The position numbers were made by a program, and so were the translations under genes. Below the pieces are notes generated by a model that searched no databases, was not told the origin of the DNA, and saw nothing but the letters and a program-made list of their open reading frames with translations. From Bacteroidales bacterium (lineage in GTDB: Bacteria; Bacteroidota; Bacteroidia; Bacteroidales; GWA2-32-17), in assembly GCA_035371305.1 (NCBI GenBank), contig DAOOWN010000003.1:2801-66800 (forward strand): DNA of 64,000 bases, read 5' to 3'. Below are positions 18,559 through 27,288 of the stretch, piece after piece; the first letter of the stretch is position 1; every line of letters begins with the position of its first letter.

Positions 18559-18570
18559 TAATTTAGAATT

Positions 18571-19734
18571 ATGAATGGACTCAGAAAATTTTTAGATAAA
18601 ATAAAACCTTCCTTTGAAAAAGGTGGTAAATTTCATTTTTTGCATTCAACGTTTGATGCATTCGAAACATTCTTATTTGTACCCAATAAAGTAACACAAA
18701 AAGGGGCTCATATTCGCGATAGCATTGATTTAAAAAGGACAATGTCTGTTGTTATTGTCGCACTTATACCTGCGTTGCTCTTTGGAATGTACAATGTAGG
18801 TTTTCAATATTTTAAAGCGATAGGTCAAGATGCCGGATTTTGGGAAATGTTTTGGTTTGGATTTCAAAAAGTGATACCAATTGTTATTGTAAGTTATGTT
18901 TCCGGACTGTCTGTTGAGTTTATTTTTGCACAAATACGTCATCATGAGGTAAATGAAGGGTTTTTAGTATCGGGAATGCTTATTCCATTGATTATGCCCG
19001 TTAATATACCCTTGTGGATGGTTGCCGTTGCTACCATTTTTGCTGTAATTTTTGGGAAAGAGGTTTTTGGCGGAACCGGAATGAATGTTTTTAATCCGGC
19101 TTTGCTTAGTAGAGCGTTTATCTTTTTTGCTTATCCAAAGCATATTTCGGGCGATTTGCCATGGACATATGGATTATCACAACATATTCATACGGTCGAT
19201 GGTTTTTCGGGAGCAACTCCCTTGGCCAATGCTGCTTCGTATGCCGTAGATAAAATTCCCGATAACTGGACGCTTTTTGTAGGACTTATTCCCGGGTCTA
19301 TCGGTGAAACTTCCAAAGCTGCTATTTTACTTGGAGCCTTAATACTTTTATTTACCGGAATTGCGAACTGGAGAGTTATGTTTTCAGTTGTTTTTGGTGG
19401 ACTTTTTATGAGTAGCATCTTGAATTTATTTGCTGTCAATGCCTATATGAGTATTTCTCCGCTTACTCAATTGCTAATGGGCGGTTTTCTTTTTGGTGCC
19501 GTTTTTATGGCAACAGACCCGGTTACGGCAGCACAAACCAATACAGGGAAATATATTTTCGGATTTTTAGTGGGGCTTTTTGCTATTCTTATTCGAGTTT
19601 TGAATCCGGCTTATCCCGAAGGTATGATGCTGGCAATATTATTAATGAACGCTTTTGCTCCACTCATAGATCATTATGTAATTCAAGCAAATATAAAACG
19701 ACGTTTAAAAAGAGTTCAAGTAAATAAACAATAA
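18571..19734 (+). CDS. nqrB: Na+-NQR subunit B
   Basis: 387 aa and polytopic, with the covalent-FMN site motif DGFSGATPLA. Confidence 0.88.
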   Translation: MNGLRKFLDKIKPSFEKGGKFHFLHSTFDAFETFLFVPNKVTQKGAHIRDSIDLKRTMSVVIVALIPALLFGMYNVGFQYFKAIGQDAGFWEMFWFGFQKVIPIVIVSYVSGLSVEFIFAQIRHHEVNEGFLVSGMLIPLIMPVNIPLWMVAVATIFAVIFGKEVFGGTGMNVFNPALLSRAFIFFAYPKHISGDLPWTYGLSQHIHTVDGFSGATPLANAASYAVDKIPDNWTLFVGLIPGSIGETSKAAILLGALILLFTGIANWRVMFSVVFGGLFMSSILNLFAVNAYMSISPLTQLLMGGFLFGAVFMATDPVTAAQTNTGKYIFGFLVGLFAILIRVLNPAYPEGMMLAILLMNAFAPLIDHYVIQANIKRRLKRVQVNKQ

Positions 19735-19749
19735 AAAACGAGAAGCATT

Positions 19750-20445
19750 ATGCATAGTAATAGATATATTTTTATTTATTCGGCAGTTATGGTGGTCGTT
19801 GTAGCCATATTGCTAACCGTTGTTGCAATCGGTCTAAAACCTCAACAACAATATAATGTTAAGGTTGAAAAAATGCAAAACATACTTTCATCTGTCAATA
19901 TTCCATCCACAACAAAAAATGCCGAAGAGTTGTTTAATAAATATATTGTAGGACAAAAAGTGATAAATGTAAACAATCAAGAACAAAACAGTCAAAAGGC
20001 ATTTGAGGTAAATGTGGAGCAAGAAAGTAAAAAAACAGCCGATAAACGATTGTTACCTATATATATATGTAAAACGGATAAAGGTGAAACAAAATATATT
20101 TTTCCGACTTATGGAAAAGGTTTGTGGGGGCCTATTTGGGGTTATATTTCTGTTAATGACGATAAAAATACAGTATATGGAGCATTTTTTGATCACAAAG
20201 GCGAAACGCCCGGTTTAGGAGCCGAAATTGCAACCGAAGTATTTCAATCTCAATTTGCCGGAAAAAAGCTATTTGATGAAACTGGGAATTTTGTTTCTAT
20301 CAAAGCTGTAAAAGGTGGAGCCGATAAAAACGACACACACGGAGTGGATGCTATTTCGGGTGGAACCATAACCAGTAATGGATTGAGCAAAATGCTGATG
20401 GACGAATTAAAGCCATATGAAAACTTTTTGAAACAAAAAAATTAA
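19750..20445 (+). CDS. nqrC: Na+-NQR subunit C
   Basis: 231 aa with a single N-terminal TM and the FMN-attachment motif [10 protein letters not shown]. Confidence 0.85.
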   Translation: MHSNRYIFIYSAVMVVVVAILLTVVAIGLKPQQQYNVKVEKMQNILSSVNIPSTTKNAEELFNKYIVGQKVINVNNQEQNSQKAFEVNVEQESKKTADKRLLPIYICKTDKGETKYIFPTYGKGLWGPIWGYISVNDDKNTVYGAFFDHKGETPGLGAEIATEVFQSQFAGKKLFDETGNFVSIKAVKGGADKNDTHGVDAISGGTITSNGLSKMLMDELKPYENFLKQKN

Positions 20446-20450
20446 GAATT

Positions 20451-21101
20451 ATGAGCGATATAAAAGAAAAAGAACCATTGTTTTCTGCCAAGATTGCAAA
20501 AACCTTTTTAGGACCATTAAATTTAAATAATCCTATTACGGTTCAAATTTTAGGAATTTGCTCTGCTTTGGCAGTTACTGTGCAATTAAAACCGGCACTT
20601 ATCATGGCTTTATCGGTTACAATTGTAACGGGTTTTTCCAATCTCATTATTTCTCTGATGCGAAACACGATTCCTTCGCGAATTCGTATTATTGTACAAT
20701 TAGTAGTTATTGCTACATTGGTTATTATTGTCGATCAAATGTTAAAAGCTTATGTTTACGATGTAAGCAAAAAGCTTTCTGTATTTGTTGGTCTTATCAT
20801 CACCAATTGTATTTTGATGGGACGCCTGGAAGCGTATGCTATGGGAAATAAGCCTTGGCCTTCTTTTGTAGATGGAATAGGAAATGGAATCGGTTATGGT
20901 ATGATTTTGGTTATTGTTGCATTTTTTAGAGAACTGCTCGGTTCCGGAAAAATATTAGGGTTTAGCGTTATTCCTGATTCGTTTTATCAGTTTGGATACG
21001 AAAATAATGGCTTGATGATATTACCTCCTATGGCACTTATTACAATTGGTGTTATTATTTGGGTACATAGAAGCTGGAAAAAATCATTAATCGAAAAATA
21101 A
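20451..21101 (+). CDS. nqrD: Na+-NQR subunit D
   Basis: 216 aa and polytopic, in the RnfE/NqrD-like position and size. Confidence 0.85.
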   Translation: MSDIKEKEPLFSAKIAKTFLGPLNLNNPITVQILGICSALAVTVQLKPALIMALSVTIVTGFSNLIISLMRNTIPSRIRIIVQLVVIATLVIIVDQMLKAYVYDVSKKLSVFVGLIITNCILMGRLEAYAMGNKPWPSFVDGIGNGIGYGMILVIVAFFRELLGSGKILGFSVIPDSFYQFGYENNGLMILPPMALITIGVIIWVHRSWKKSLIEK

Positions 21102-21109
21102 TTTGAAGT

Positions 21110-21727
21110 ATGGAACATTTTTTTAATATACTGGTTAAATCCATCTTTATTGACAATATGATTTTTGCCTTTTTCTTAGGCATGTGTTCATATTTAGCTG
21201 TTTCAAAAACAGTAAAAACAAGTATGGGGTTAGGGATTGCAGTTACTTTTGTGCTAATTATAACTGCACCGCTGAATTATTTACTATATACTTATGTACT
21301 TAAAGAAGGTGCATTGGTTTGGCTTGACCCAAGTTATGCAAGTGTAGATTTAAGTTACCTCAGTTTTATTATTTTCATTGCAACCATCGCTGCTATGGTA
21401 CAATTGGTTGAAATGGTAGTCGAGAAATATTCTCCCTCGCTTTATAATGCGTTGGGAATATTTTTACCGCTTATTGCTGTAAACTGTGCTATATTAGGTG
21501 TTTCATTGTTTATGCAAGAACGCGAATATACTTCTATTACCGACGTTTTTGCTTTTGCCTTAGGTTCAGGTATTGGATGGTGGTTAGCTATTATTGCTTT
21601 AGCTGCTATTCGCGAAAAAATGCGATATTCAAATGTTCCGGCTCCTTTAAGAGGTATTGGAATAACATTTATTCTTACAGGATTAATGGCCATTGCGTTT
21701 ATGAGTTTTATGGGTATTCAACTTTAA
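21110..21727 (+). CDS. nqrE: Na+-NQR subunit E
   Basis: 205 aa and polytopic, in the RnfA/NqrE-like position and size. Confidence 0.85.
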   Translation: MEHFFNILVKSIFIDNMIFAFFLGMCSYLAVSKTVKTSMGLGIAVTFVLIITAPLNYLLYTYVLKEGALVWLDPSYASVDLSYLSFIIFIATIAAMVQLVEMVVEKYSPSLYNALGIFLPLIAVNCAILGVSLFMQEREYTSITDVFAFALGSGIGWWLAIIALAAIREKMRYSNVPAPLRGIGITFILTGLMAIAFMSFMGIQL

Positions 21728-21744
21728 AAAAAAAGAATGTTTTT

Positions 21745-23004
21745 ATGATATTGCTCGAAAGTTTAAGTCTGACATTAATTATTGGAACGATAGCATTTCT
21801 TATCGTCATTATTGCTTTGGTTTTAATGCTCCTTTATGCAAAATCGAAGTTAACCCAATCTGGACCGGTAAAAATAACTATAAATGATGAAAAAGAAATA
21901 GAAACTACAGCCGGGAGTTCTTTGTTGTCAACCTTATCAGGGAATAAAATATTTCTTCCTTCTGCTTGTGGTGGTGGTGGTTCATGTGGCATGTGCAAGT
22001 GCCAAGTTGTTGAAGGTGGGGGAGAAATATTACCAACCGAAGTGGGCTTTTTTACTCGAAAACAAATTCAACAAAATTGGCGATTAGGTTGTCAAGTAAA
22101 GGTTAAAAACGACATGAAAATTCATGTGCCCGAAGAGGTGCTTGGAATAAAAAAATGGGAATGTGAGGTGGTATCGAATCGCAATTTAGCGACATTTATA
22201 AAAGAGTTTAAAGTTAAACTACCCGAAGGCGAACAATTGCATTTCCGCTCGGGCGGGTATATTCAAATTGATGTTCCAAAATGCGAAGTCGATTTTAGCA
22301 AGGACATCTTCGTAGAAGAAGAATTTAGAGATGAATGGGATAAATATAATATGTGGAGTTTAAAGATGGTTAATAAAGAAGAAACGTTCAGAGCGTATTC
22401 TATGGCTAATCATCCAGCAGAGAACAACATCATCATGCTGAATATTCGTATTGCTACACCACCTTGGGACAGAAAAACAAATTCGTTTATGAACGTAAAT
22501 CCGGGTGTATGCAGTTCGTTTATTTTTAGCCGTAAACCCGGTGATAAAGTTATGATTAGCGGTCCTTATGGCGAATTTTTTATTAAAGATACGCAACGCG
22601 AAATGATGTTTATTGGTGGTGGTGCCGGTATGGCTCCCATGCGTTCACATATTTTCGACCAATTTTTGACTAAAAAAACCAACCGCAAAGCTACATTTTG
22701 GTATGGAGCACGTTCCAAACGCGAAATTTTCTATGAAGAACATTTCAGAAAAATTGAACAGGAGTTTCCGAATTTTAAATTCACGATTGCTTTGTCCGAA
22801 CCTAAACCGGAAGATAATTGGACCGGTTTTACAGGGTTTATACATCAAGTAATTTACGATCAATATTTAAGCAAACACGAAGCTCCTGAAGATATAGAAT
22901 ACTACCTTTGTGGTCCTCCGGCTATGAATGATGCCGTTCAAAAAATGCTCGACAGTTTAGGTGTACCAAAAGAAATGATTGCTTTTGACGATTTTGGCGG
23001 TTAA
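21745..23004 (+). CDS. nqrF: Na+-NQR subunit F
   Basis: Starts at ATG 21745 (MILLESLSL, TM anchor). It has a 2Fe-2S motif CGGGGSCGMCKC, a FAD motif RAYSMANHP and an NAD motif GGGAGMAPM. The track's 21577 start is an out-of-gene extension overlapping nqrE. Confidence 0.9.
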   Translation: MILLESLSLTLIIGTIAFLIVIIALVLMLLYAKSKLTQSGPVKITINDEKEIETTAGSSLLSTLSGNKIFLPSACGGGGSCGMCKCQVVEGGGEILPTEVGFFTRKQIQQNWRLGCQVKVKNDMKIHVPEEVLGIKKWECEVVSNRNLATFIKEFKVKLPEGEQLHFRSGGYIQIDVPKCEVDFSKDIFVEEEFRDEWDKYNMWSLKMVNKEETFRAYSMANHPAENNIIMLNIRIATPPWDRKTNSFMNVNPGVCSSFIFSRKPGDKVMISGPYGEFFIKDTQREMMFIGGGAGMAPMRSHIFDQFLTKKTNRKATFWYGARSKREIFYEEHFRKIEQEFPNFKFTIALSEPKPEDNWTGFTGFIHQVIYDQYLSKHEAPEDIEYYLCGPPAMNDAVQKMLDSLGVPKEMIAFDDFGG

Positions 23005-23031
23005 TGGCTTTTTACTTAATGATTTTATGTG

Positions 23032-23039
23032 TAGATTTG
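23032..23039 (+). promoter_or_regulatory. Candidate -7 box (TAnnTTTG) for the RiPP cassette
   Basis: TAGATTTG lies 19 nt upstream of the TTG start at 23058, inside the 53-nt nqrF-to-cassette gap. Confidence 0.35.
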
Positions 23040-23057
23040 TAAAAAATCTTTAACACA

Positions 23058-23936
23058 TTGTATTTCTATAGTGCTTTTGGATTAAATATTGCTTCTGATG
23101 TACCATTAAATAAGCTCATTGCTGCTGGTGAATTAAAGCCCGATGTTGCTTTTTGCTTTGGTAAAGCTGAAGTTGTAATCGATAACCCCATTATTGTAAA
23201 AAAAACGTTTCAGGCAAATCATTTTTCTTTTGCTTATCATGTTGCAGATACACTTTTTTATTTTAATTTTCTAAACAAGAAGTTAATCTTTTCCTATACC
23301 AATAAACAGCAATTCGAACTCTATTTATATGGACCTGTAATTGCCTTAATATCTGCATATTTCGGTAAAATTCCATTACATGCTTCGGGACTTATTGTTC
23401 ACGATAAAACCATATTAATAGCAGGGAATTCCGGTGCCGGAAAATCAACATTATTATTTCACTTTATACAAAATTACCAGGCTCGTTTTTTTTCGGATGA
23501 TATTGTAGTAATGGAAAAAAAAGGCTCCATTATTCAAGCCAATCCATCATTTGCAGAGATTAAACTCTGGCTCGATGCTATAGAACGATTCAATGCCAAT
23601 ATTATAAAACCTGTACACCCGGACATAAAAAAGTATTTTGTTGATGTAAAAAGCTTTTTTATTAACAAAATCCAAATACCACAAGTTGTTTTTATTATAC
23701 AAACAACACAAAATACAACAGCTCAGTTTGAAAAGGTAACGGGAGTTAATAAATTTCTTTATCTAATTAAAAATGTATATCGTAGAAATCATATAGAAAT
23801 TTTATTTAAAAAAAATATATTTGAACTTGTTGCAACATTGGCTAATCAAACACAAGTTTATATACTTCATCGTCCTTTTGCCATTAATAATGAATTGTGG
23901 AATGAATTTGTTGACAGTTGTCTGGAACAAATATGA
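23058..23936 (+). CDS. HPr-kinase-C-like serine kinase of lasso-peptide clusters
   Basis: 292 aa. The N-terminus is MYFYSAFGLNIASDVPL and the Walker A is LIAGNSGAGKST (23424-23450). A TTG start is required because there is no in-frame ATG before residue 152. Confidence 0.65.
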   Translation: MYFYSAFGLNIASDVPLNKLIAAGELKPDVAFCFGKAEVVIDNPIIVKKTFQANHFSFAYHVADTLFYFNFLNKKLIFSYTNKQQFELYLYGPVIALISAYFGKIPLHASGLIVHDKTILIAGNSGAGKSTLLFHFIQNYQARFFSDDIVVMEKKGSIIQANPSFAEIKLWLDAIERFNANIIKPVHPDIKKYFVDVKSFFINKIQIPQVVFIIQTTQNTTAQFEKVTGVNKFLYLIKNVYRRNHIEILFKKNIFELVATLANQTQVYILHRPFAINNELWNEFVDSCLEQI

Positions 23937-24781
23937 TAACTTCATCAAAAAAACATATCATATGGATAGCATCGTATCCAAAGTCAGGAAATACTTGGTT
24001 TAGAATATTTTTAGCTCGTTTTTTATATGGCATACAAAATATAAATGCGATTTCCATTCCTATATATAGTTCAAAAAGCTTTTTGGAGAAGGAAGCCGAT
24101 ATTGATGTAAGTGAATTGTCCGATGTCGATTTGCATCAATTACGATTAGATGTATATGCTAAATACATTTCAAACGAAAGAGATATATTCCCAGTAAAAA
24201 TACACGATTGTTTTCAATATCAGTTTGATTCGATGCCCTTTCTTCCTTTTAATCAATCAAAGGCTGTAGTATATTTGGTAAGAAATCCGTTCGATTTAGC
24301 TGTTTCGTTTTCACGCCATTTAGGAGTTGATATAGATAAAACCATTGCTATAATGAATACTGAAAATTATACGCTCTCCATTCCCTCAAAAAAATACTTA
24401 TCTCAAATGCCTCAATTGCTTAACACATGGTCATCTCATATTAGAGGTTGGCTCCATCAAAAAGAAATTCCTTTATTGCTTGTTAAATACGAAGAATTGA
24501 TAAAGCAACCGCAAAAAGAGTTTGCTCGAATTTTAGACTGTTTAAACATATCGTATTCCGATATGAAATTAAACGATGCCATACAATTTGCTTCATTCGA
24601 AAATCTTTCAAGCCAAGAAAAAAAATATGGATTTCAAGAAAAATCGATACATTCCCATACCTTTTTTCATACCGGAAAAAGTTTTTACTATAAAAATTAT
24701 TTAAACGAAAAGCAAATTAAGACTATCTTTGAACAACACAGTTCCATCATTAAACAATTAGGATATGACTTCGATTTTTAA
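23933..24781 (+). CDS. PAPS-dependent sulfotransferase
   Basis: The ATG overlaps the kinase stop (ATGA, 23933-23936). It has the 5'-PSB loop SYPKSGNTW (23975-23998) and a 3'-PB-like VRNPFD. Confidence 0.7.
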   Translation: MITSSKKHIIWIASYPKSGNTWFRIFLARFLYGIQNINAISIPIYSSKSFLEKEADIDVSELSDVDLHQLRLDVYAKYISNERDIFPVKIHDCFQYQFDSMPFLPFNQSKAVVYLVRNPFDLAVSFSRHLGVDIDKTIAIMNTENYTLSIPSKKYLSQMPQLLNTWSSHIRGWLHQKEIPLLLVKYEELIKQPQKEFARILDCLNISYSDMKLNDAIQFASFENLSSQEKKYGFQEKSIHSHTFFHTGKSFYYKNYLNEKQIKTIFEQHSSIIKQLGYDFDF

Positions 24782-25049
24782 TCCCAATACGATATTTCAA
24801 CGTCAAAAAGAGGTGGTTTTTACATTTTTAGACCATGAAATTATGTTATTAAATCCCCAAACAGGACAATATTATTCGTTTAATAAAGTGGGGGCTTATA
24901 TTTGGGAATTATTAGCAAAACCAACTTCTTATAATGAATTGATAGTAAGCCTTCAAGCTAAATTTGATGTAGAAAAAGAAAAATGCGAAACCGATACCAA
25001 AAAGTTCCTGACATTGTTGCTGGATAAACATTTAATAGAAATAGCATAA
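24765..25049 (+). CDS. PqqD-family RiPP recognition element (lasso B1)
   Basis: 94 aa. The stretch EIMLLNPQTGQYYSFNKVGAYIWELLAKPTSYNELI shows the PqqD-like pattern. It overlaps the sulfotransferase gene by 17 nt. Confidence 0.65.
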   Translation: MTSIFNPNTIFQRQKEVVFTFLDHEIMLLNPQTGQYYSFNKVGAYIWELLAKPTSYNELIVSLQAKFDVEKEKCETDTKKFLTLLLDKHLIEIA

Positions 25050-25052
25050 GAA

Positions 25053-25484
25053 ATGTTCCCGCTTATTAGCAAATATTATAAACTTAATTCAACCGAAAAA
25101 AAAATGTTTTTCGAAGCTTACGTTACGTCTTTTTATGCAAGAATGCTTATTTTATTTTGCTCTTTTAAGCGCTTAGAAAAAAGATTAGGTAAAAAATCAG
25201 CTCAGCTAATGAGTAATGAAAATCAAAACAAGGAGCTTTTGGTTTTAATTAAACGTTCCATCATTAGAGCATCTAAATACAGCTTTTGGCGAAATAAATG
25301 TTTCGAACAATCGCTAACGGCAGCCATTATGTTAAGAAAACGCAAAATTCACTATGTTTTGTACTTAGGTTTAGCCAAAAAAAATAACAAACTTGTTGCC
25401 CATGTTTGGATGGAGAGTCAAGGTTACTTTTTGGTAAATAAAGGAAATACAGAGTTTACAACACTATCAACTTTTTACGCATAG
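25053..25484 (+). CDS. Lasso peptide B2 leader protease (transglutaminase-core-3 / McjB C-terminal-like)
   Basis: 143 aa. Cys83 sits in NKCFEQSLTAAIMLRKRKI (TGT at 25299) and His117 in LVAHVWMESQGY (CAT at 25401). Confidence 0.65.
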   Translation: MFPLISKYYKLNSTEKKMFFEAYVTSFYARMLILFCSFKRLEKRLGKKSAQLMSNENQNKELLVLIKRSIIRASKYSFWRNKCFEQSLTAAIMLRKRKIHYVLYLGLAKKNNKLVAHVWMESQGYFLVNKGNTEFTTLSTFYA

Positions 25485-25485
25485 T

Positions 25486-27288
25486 ATGTATTGGGTAGCC
25501 GGATATATTTCAAACAATGCCGATGAAATTTCAGTTAAGGAAGTTTTCGCAAATATAAGCCCGTATGGTGCTAAATCGTCATTCATTATTAATGAAAGCC
25601 CGTTAAGCTTAATTTTTTATTCACAAAAAGAAGAGGTTTTTCAAAAAAACAAAAATTTTTATTTTGAAGATGAGGAACAAAAATGTTTTGTCATAGCTCA
25701 TTTACATAATCGATCCTCTTTACTCAGTCAACTTGATTTAAGCTCTTCTGCTCACGATACAGAAATAATGTATATTTTATACAAAAGAAAGGGAATAGAG
25801 GGCTTAAAAAAATGTTATGGAAAGTGGATGTTTTTGTCCTTTGATAAAAAACAGAATACATATACGATTATTCGCGATCATTTAGGAATGTTTAATTACT
25901 ATTATAGCATTGTTAATAATTCGTTTTTCTTCTCAACCAATATTGAATGGCTGTTTCGGTTTAAACCGATAAACAAAGAAATAAACCCAATGCAATTAGC
26001 CGGACTTGCAGTTGGTTTTTCTGGAAATCCCTATGAAACAACATATAAAAATGTGTTTAAAATTCCACCTGCCCATTATGTAGAATTTACCGAAAGTAAA
26101 TCGGACTCTTACATGTATTGGTATCCTAAAATGGAGACATCTCTTATGTATAAGAGCCAAGACGATTACTATCAACATTTTGTAGAGCTTTTTACAAATA
26201 TTATAAACGAGAGTTTGAAAAATGCAGATACTATTGCAAGTACATTAAGCAGTGGGTTAGACTCTACATTTGTTACAGCAATTGCAGCAGACGTTTTAAA
26301 AAAACAAAATAAATCTTTAACGGCTATTACTGCCTCACCCAAATATGCGGATGTTGCTCCGAAATCTCCTTATCGTTATTCAGACGAGATACCATTGGCA
26401 GAACTGGTTGCTAAAAAATATCCAAATATTCGGCATTTAATAGATAAAGCTACAGAAACAGATCCCATTAATGGTCTTATAAAATCTATTGAAGTTCATC
26501 TCAATCCTGTTCGTAACGCAGGGAATCAATATTGGATATTTTCGATGCTCGAAAAACTAAAAGAAAATAAAGTGGATACTTTATTGATTGGGCAAATGGG
26601 AAACCTGACCTATTCATGGCCTTTTTTCAACCCCATTGATGTTAAATCGCAGTTAAAGAAAAAAATTAAAAAAATTCTTTTTCAAAGTCAGCCATTTTAT
26701 ATTAAAAACAGTTATTTAGCCTCTTCGTTTGTAAAGAAAAACCATGTTGTAAGCTATTTAAAAAAATTAAATTATAAGCCTGATTTACATTCAAGCGATT
26801 TGGGAGTGATGCGCAATCACTTTTTTCAACAGATGCAGAGTGTTGGTTATTCTGCTTGGAACGAGAAAGCAAATTATTATGGAATAAATGTTATTGATCC
26901 TACGGCAGATGTAAGGTTAATCGAATATTGCTTTTCTATTCCTCCATCACTTTTTAAAAATGAAAATGGAAACAGGCAGTTCATTCGTCATGCTGCAAAA
27001 GATATTGTTCCAAATGAAATTTTGTCTAATCAAAAGAAAGCAATTCAATCTGCGGATGCGGGCAAAAGAGTATTAGAAGTATATCATGACTACAACCATC
27101 TTTTAAACCAAGCATTTAATAATTCATTAACAACAGAATTGTTTGATACAGATATGTTAATAAAAACAGTTGAAAGCAATAAGTTTTCAACTCACGTATT
27201 TTTACGCTCCCTGTTGATTATTTTATTTATTTATTTTGCAACTAATAATTCAGATTTTCGTACAAACAAAGAAATATTACTCATATGA
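25486..27288 (+). CDS. Asparagine-synthetase-like lasso cyclase (McjC-like)
   Basis: 600 aa with the PP-loop SSGLDS (26248-26265). The N-terminus MYWVAGY lacks the Cys2 glutaminase nucleophile of true AsnB. Confidence 0.65.
   Translation: MYWVAGYISNNADEISVKEVFANISPYGAKSSFIINESPLSLIFYSQKEEVFQKNKNFYFEDEEQKCFVIAHLHNRSSLLSQLDLSSSAHDTEIMYILYKRKGIEGLKKCYGKWMFLSFDKKQNTYTIIRDHLGMFNYYYSIVNNSFFFSTNIEWLFRFKPINKEINPMQLAGLAVGFSGNPYETTYKNVFKIPPAHYVEFTESKSDSYMYWYPKMETSLMYKSQDDYYQHFVELFTNIINESLKNADTIASTLSSGLDSTFVTAIAADVLKKQNKSLTAITASPKYADVAPKSPYRYSDEIPLAELVAKKYPNIRHLIDKATETDPINGLIKSIEVHLNPVRNAGNQYWIFSMLEKLKENKVDTLLIGQMGNLTYSWPFFNPIDVKSQLKKKIKKILFQSQPFYIKNSYLASSFVKKNHVVSYLKKLNYKPDLHSSDLGVMRNHFFQQMQSVGYSAWNEKANYYGINVIDPTADVRLIEYCFSIPPSLFKNENGNRQFIRHAAKDIVPNEILSNQKKAIQSADAGKRVLEVYHDYNHLLNQAFNNSLTTELFDTDMLIKTVESNKFSTHVFLRSLLIILFIYFATNNSDFRTNKEILLI

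Noticed and set aside
21577-21744. 5' extension of the nqrF ORF (the track start at 21577) overlapping nqrE
   Set aside because: The extension is Cys/Tyr/Ser-rich nonsense read from the nqrE region in another frame. The canonical NqrF TM anchor begins at ATG 21745, after the nqrE stop.
23821-24003. 60-aa ORF spanning the kinase/sulfotransferase junction, considered as a lasso precursor
   Set aside because: It is an alternative frame across two supported genes. It is hydrophobic and lacks a Thr(-2)/Gly-start core and an Asp/Glu ring acceptor.
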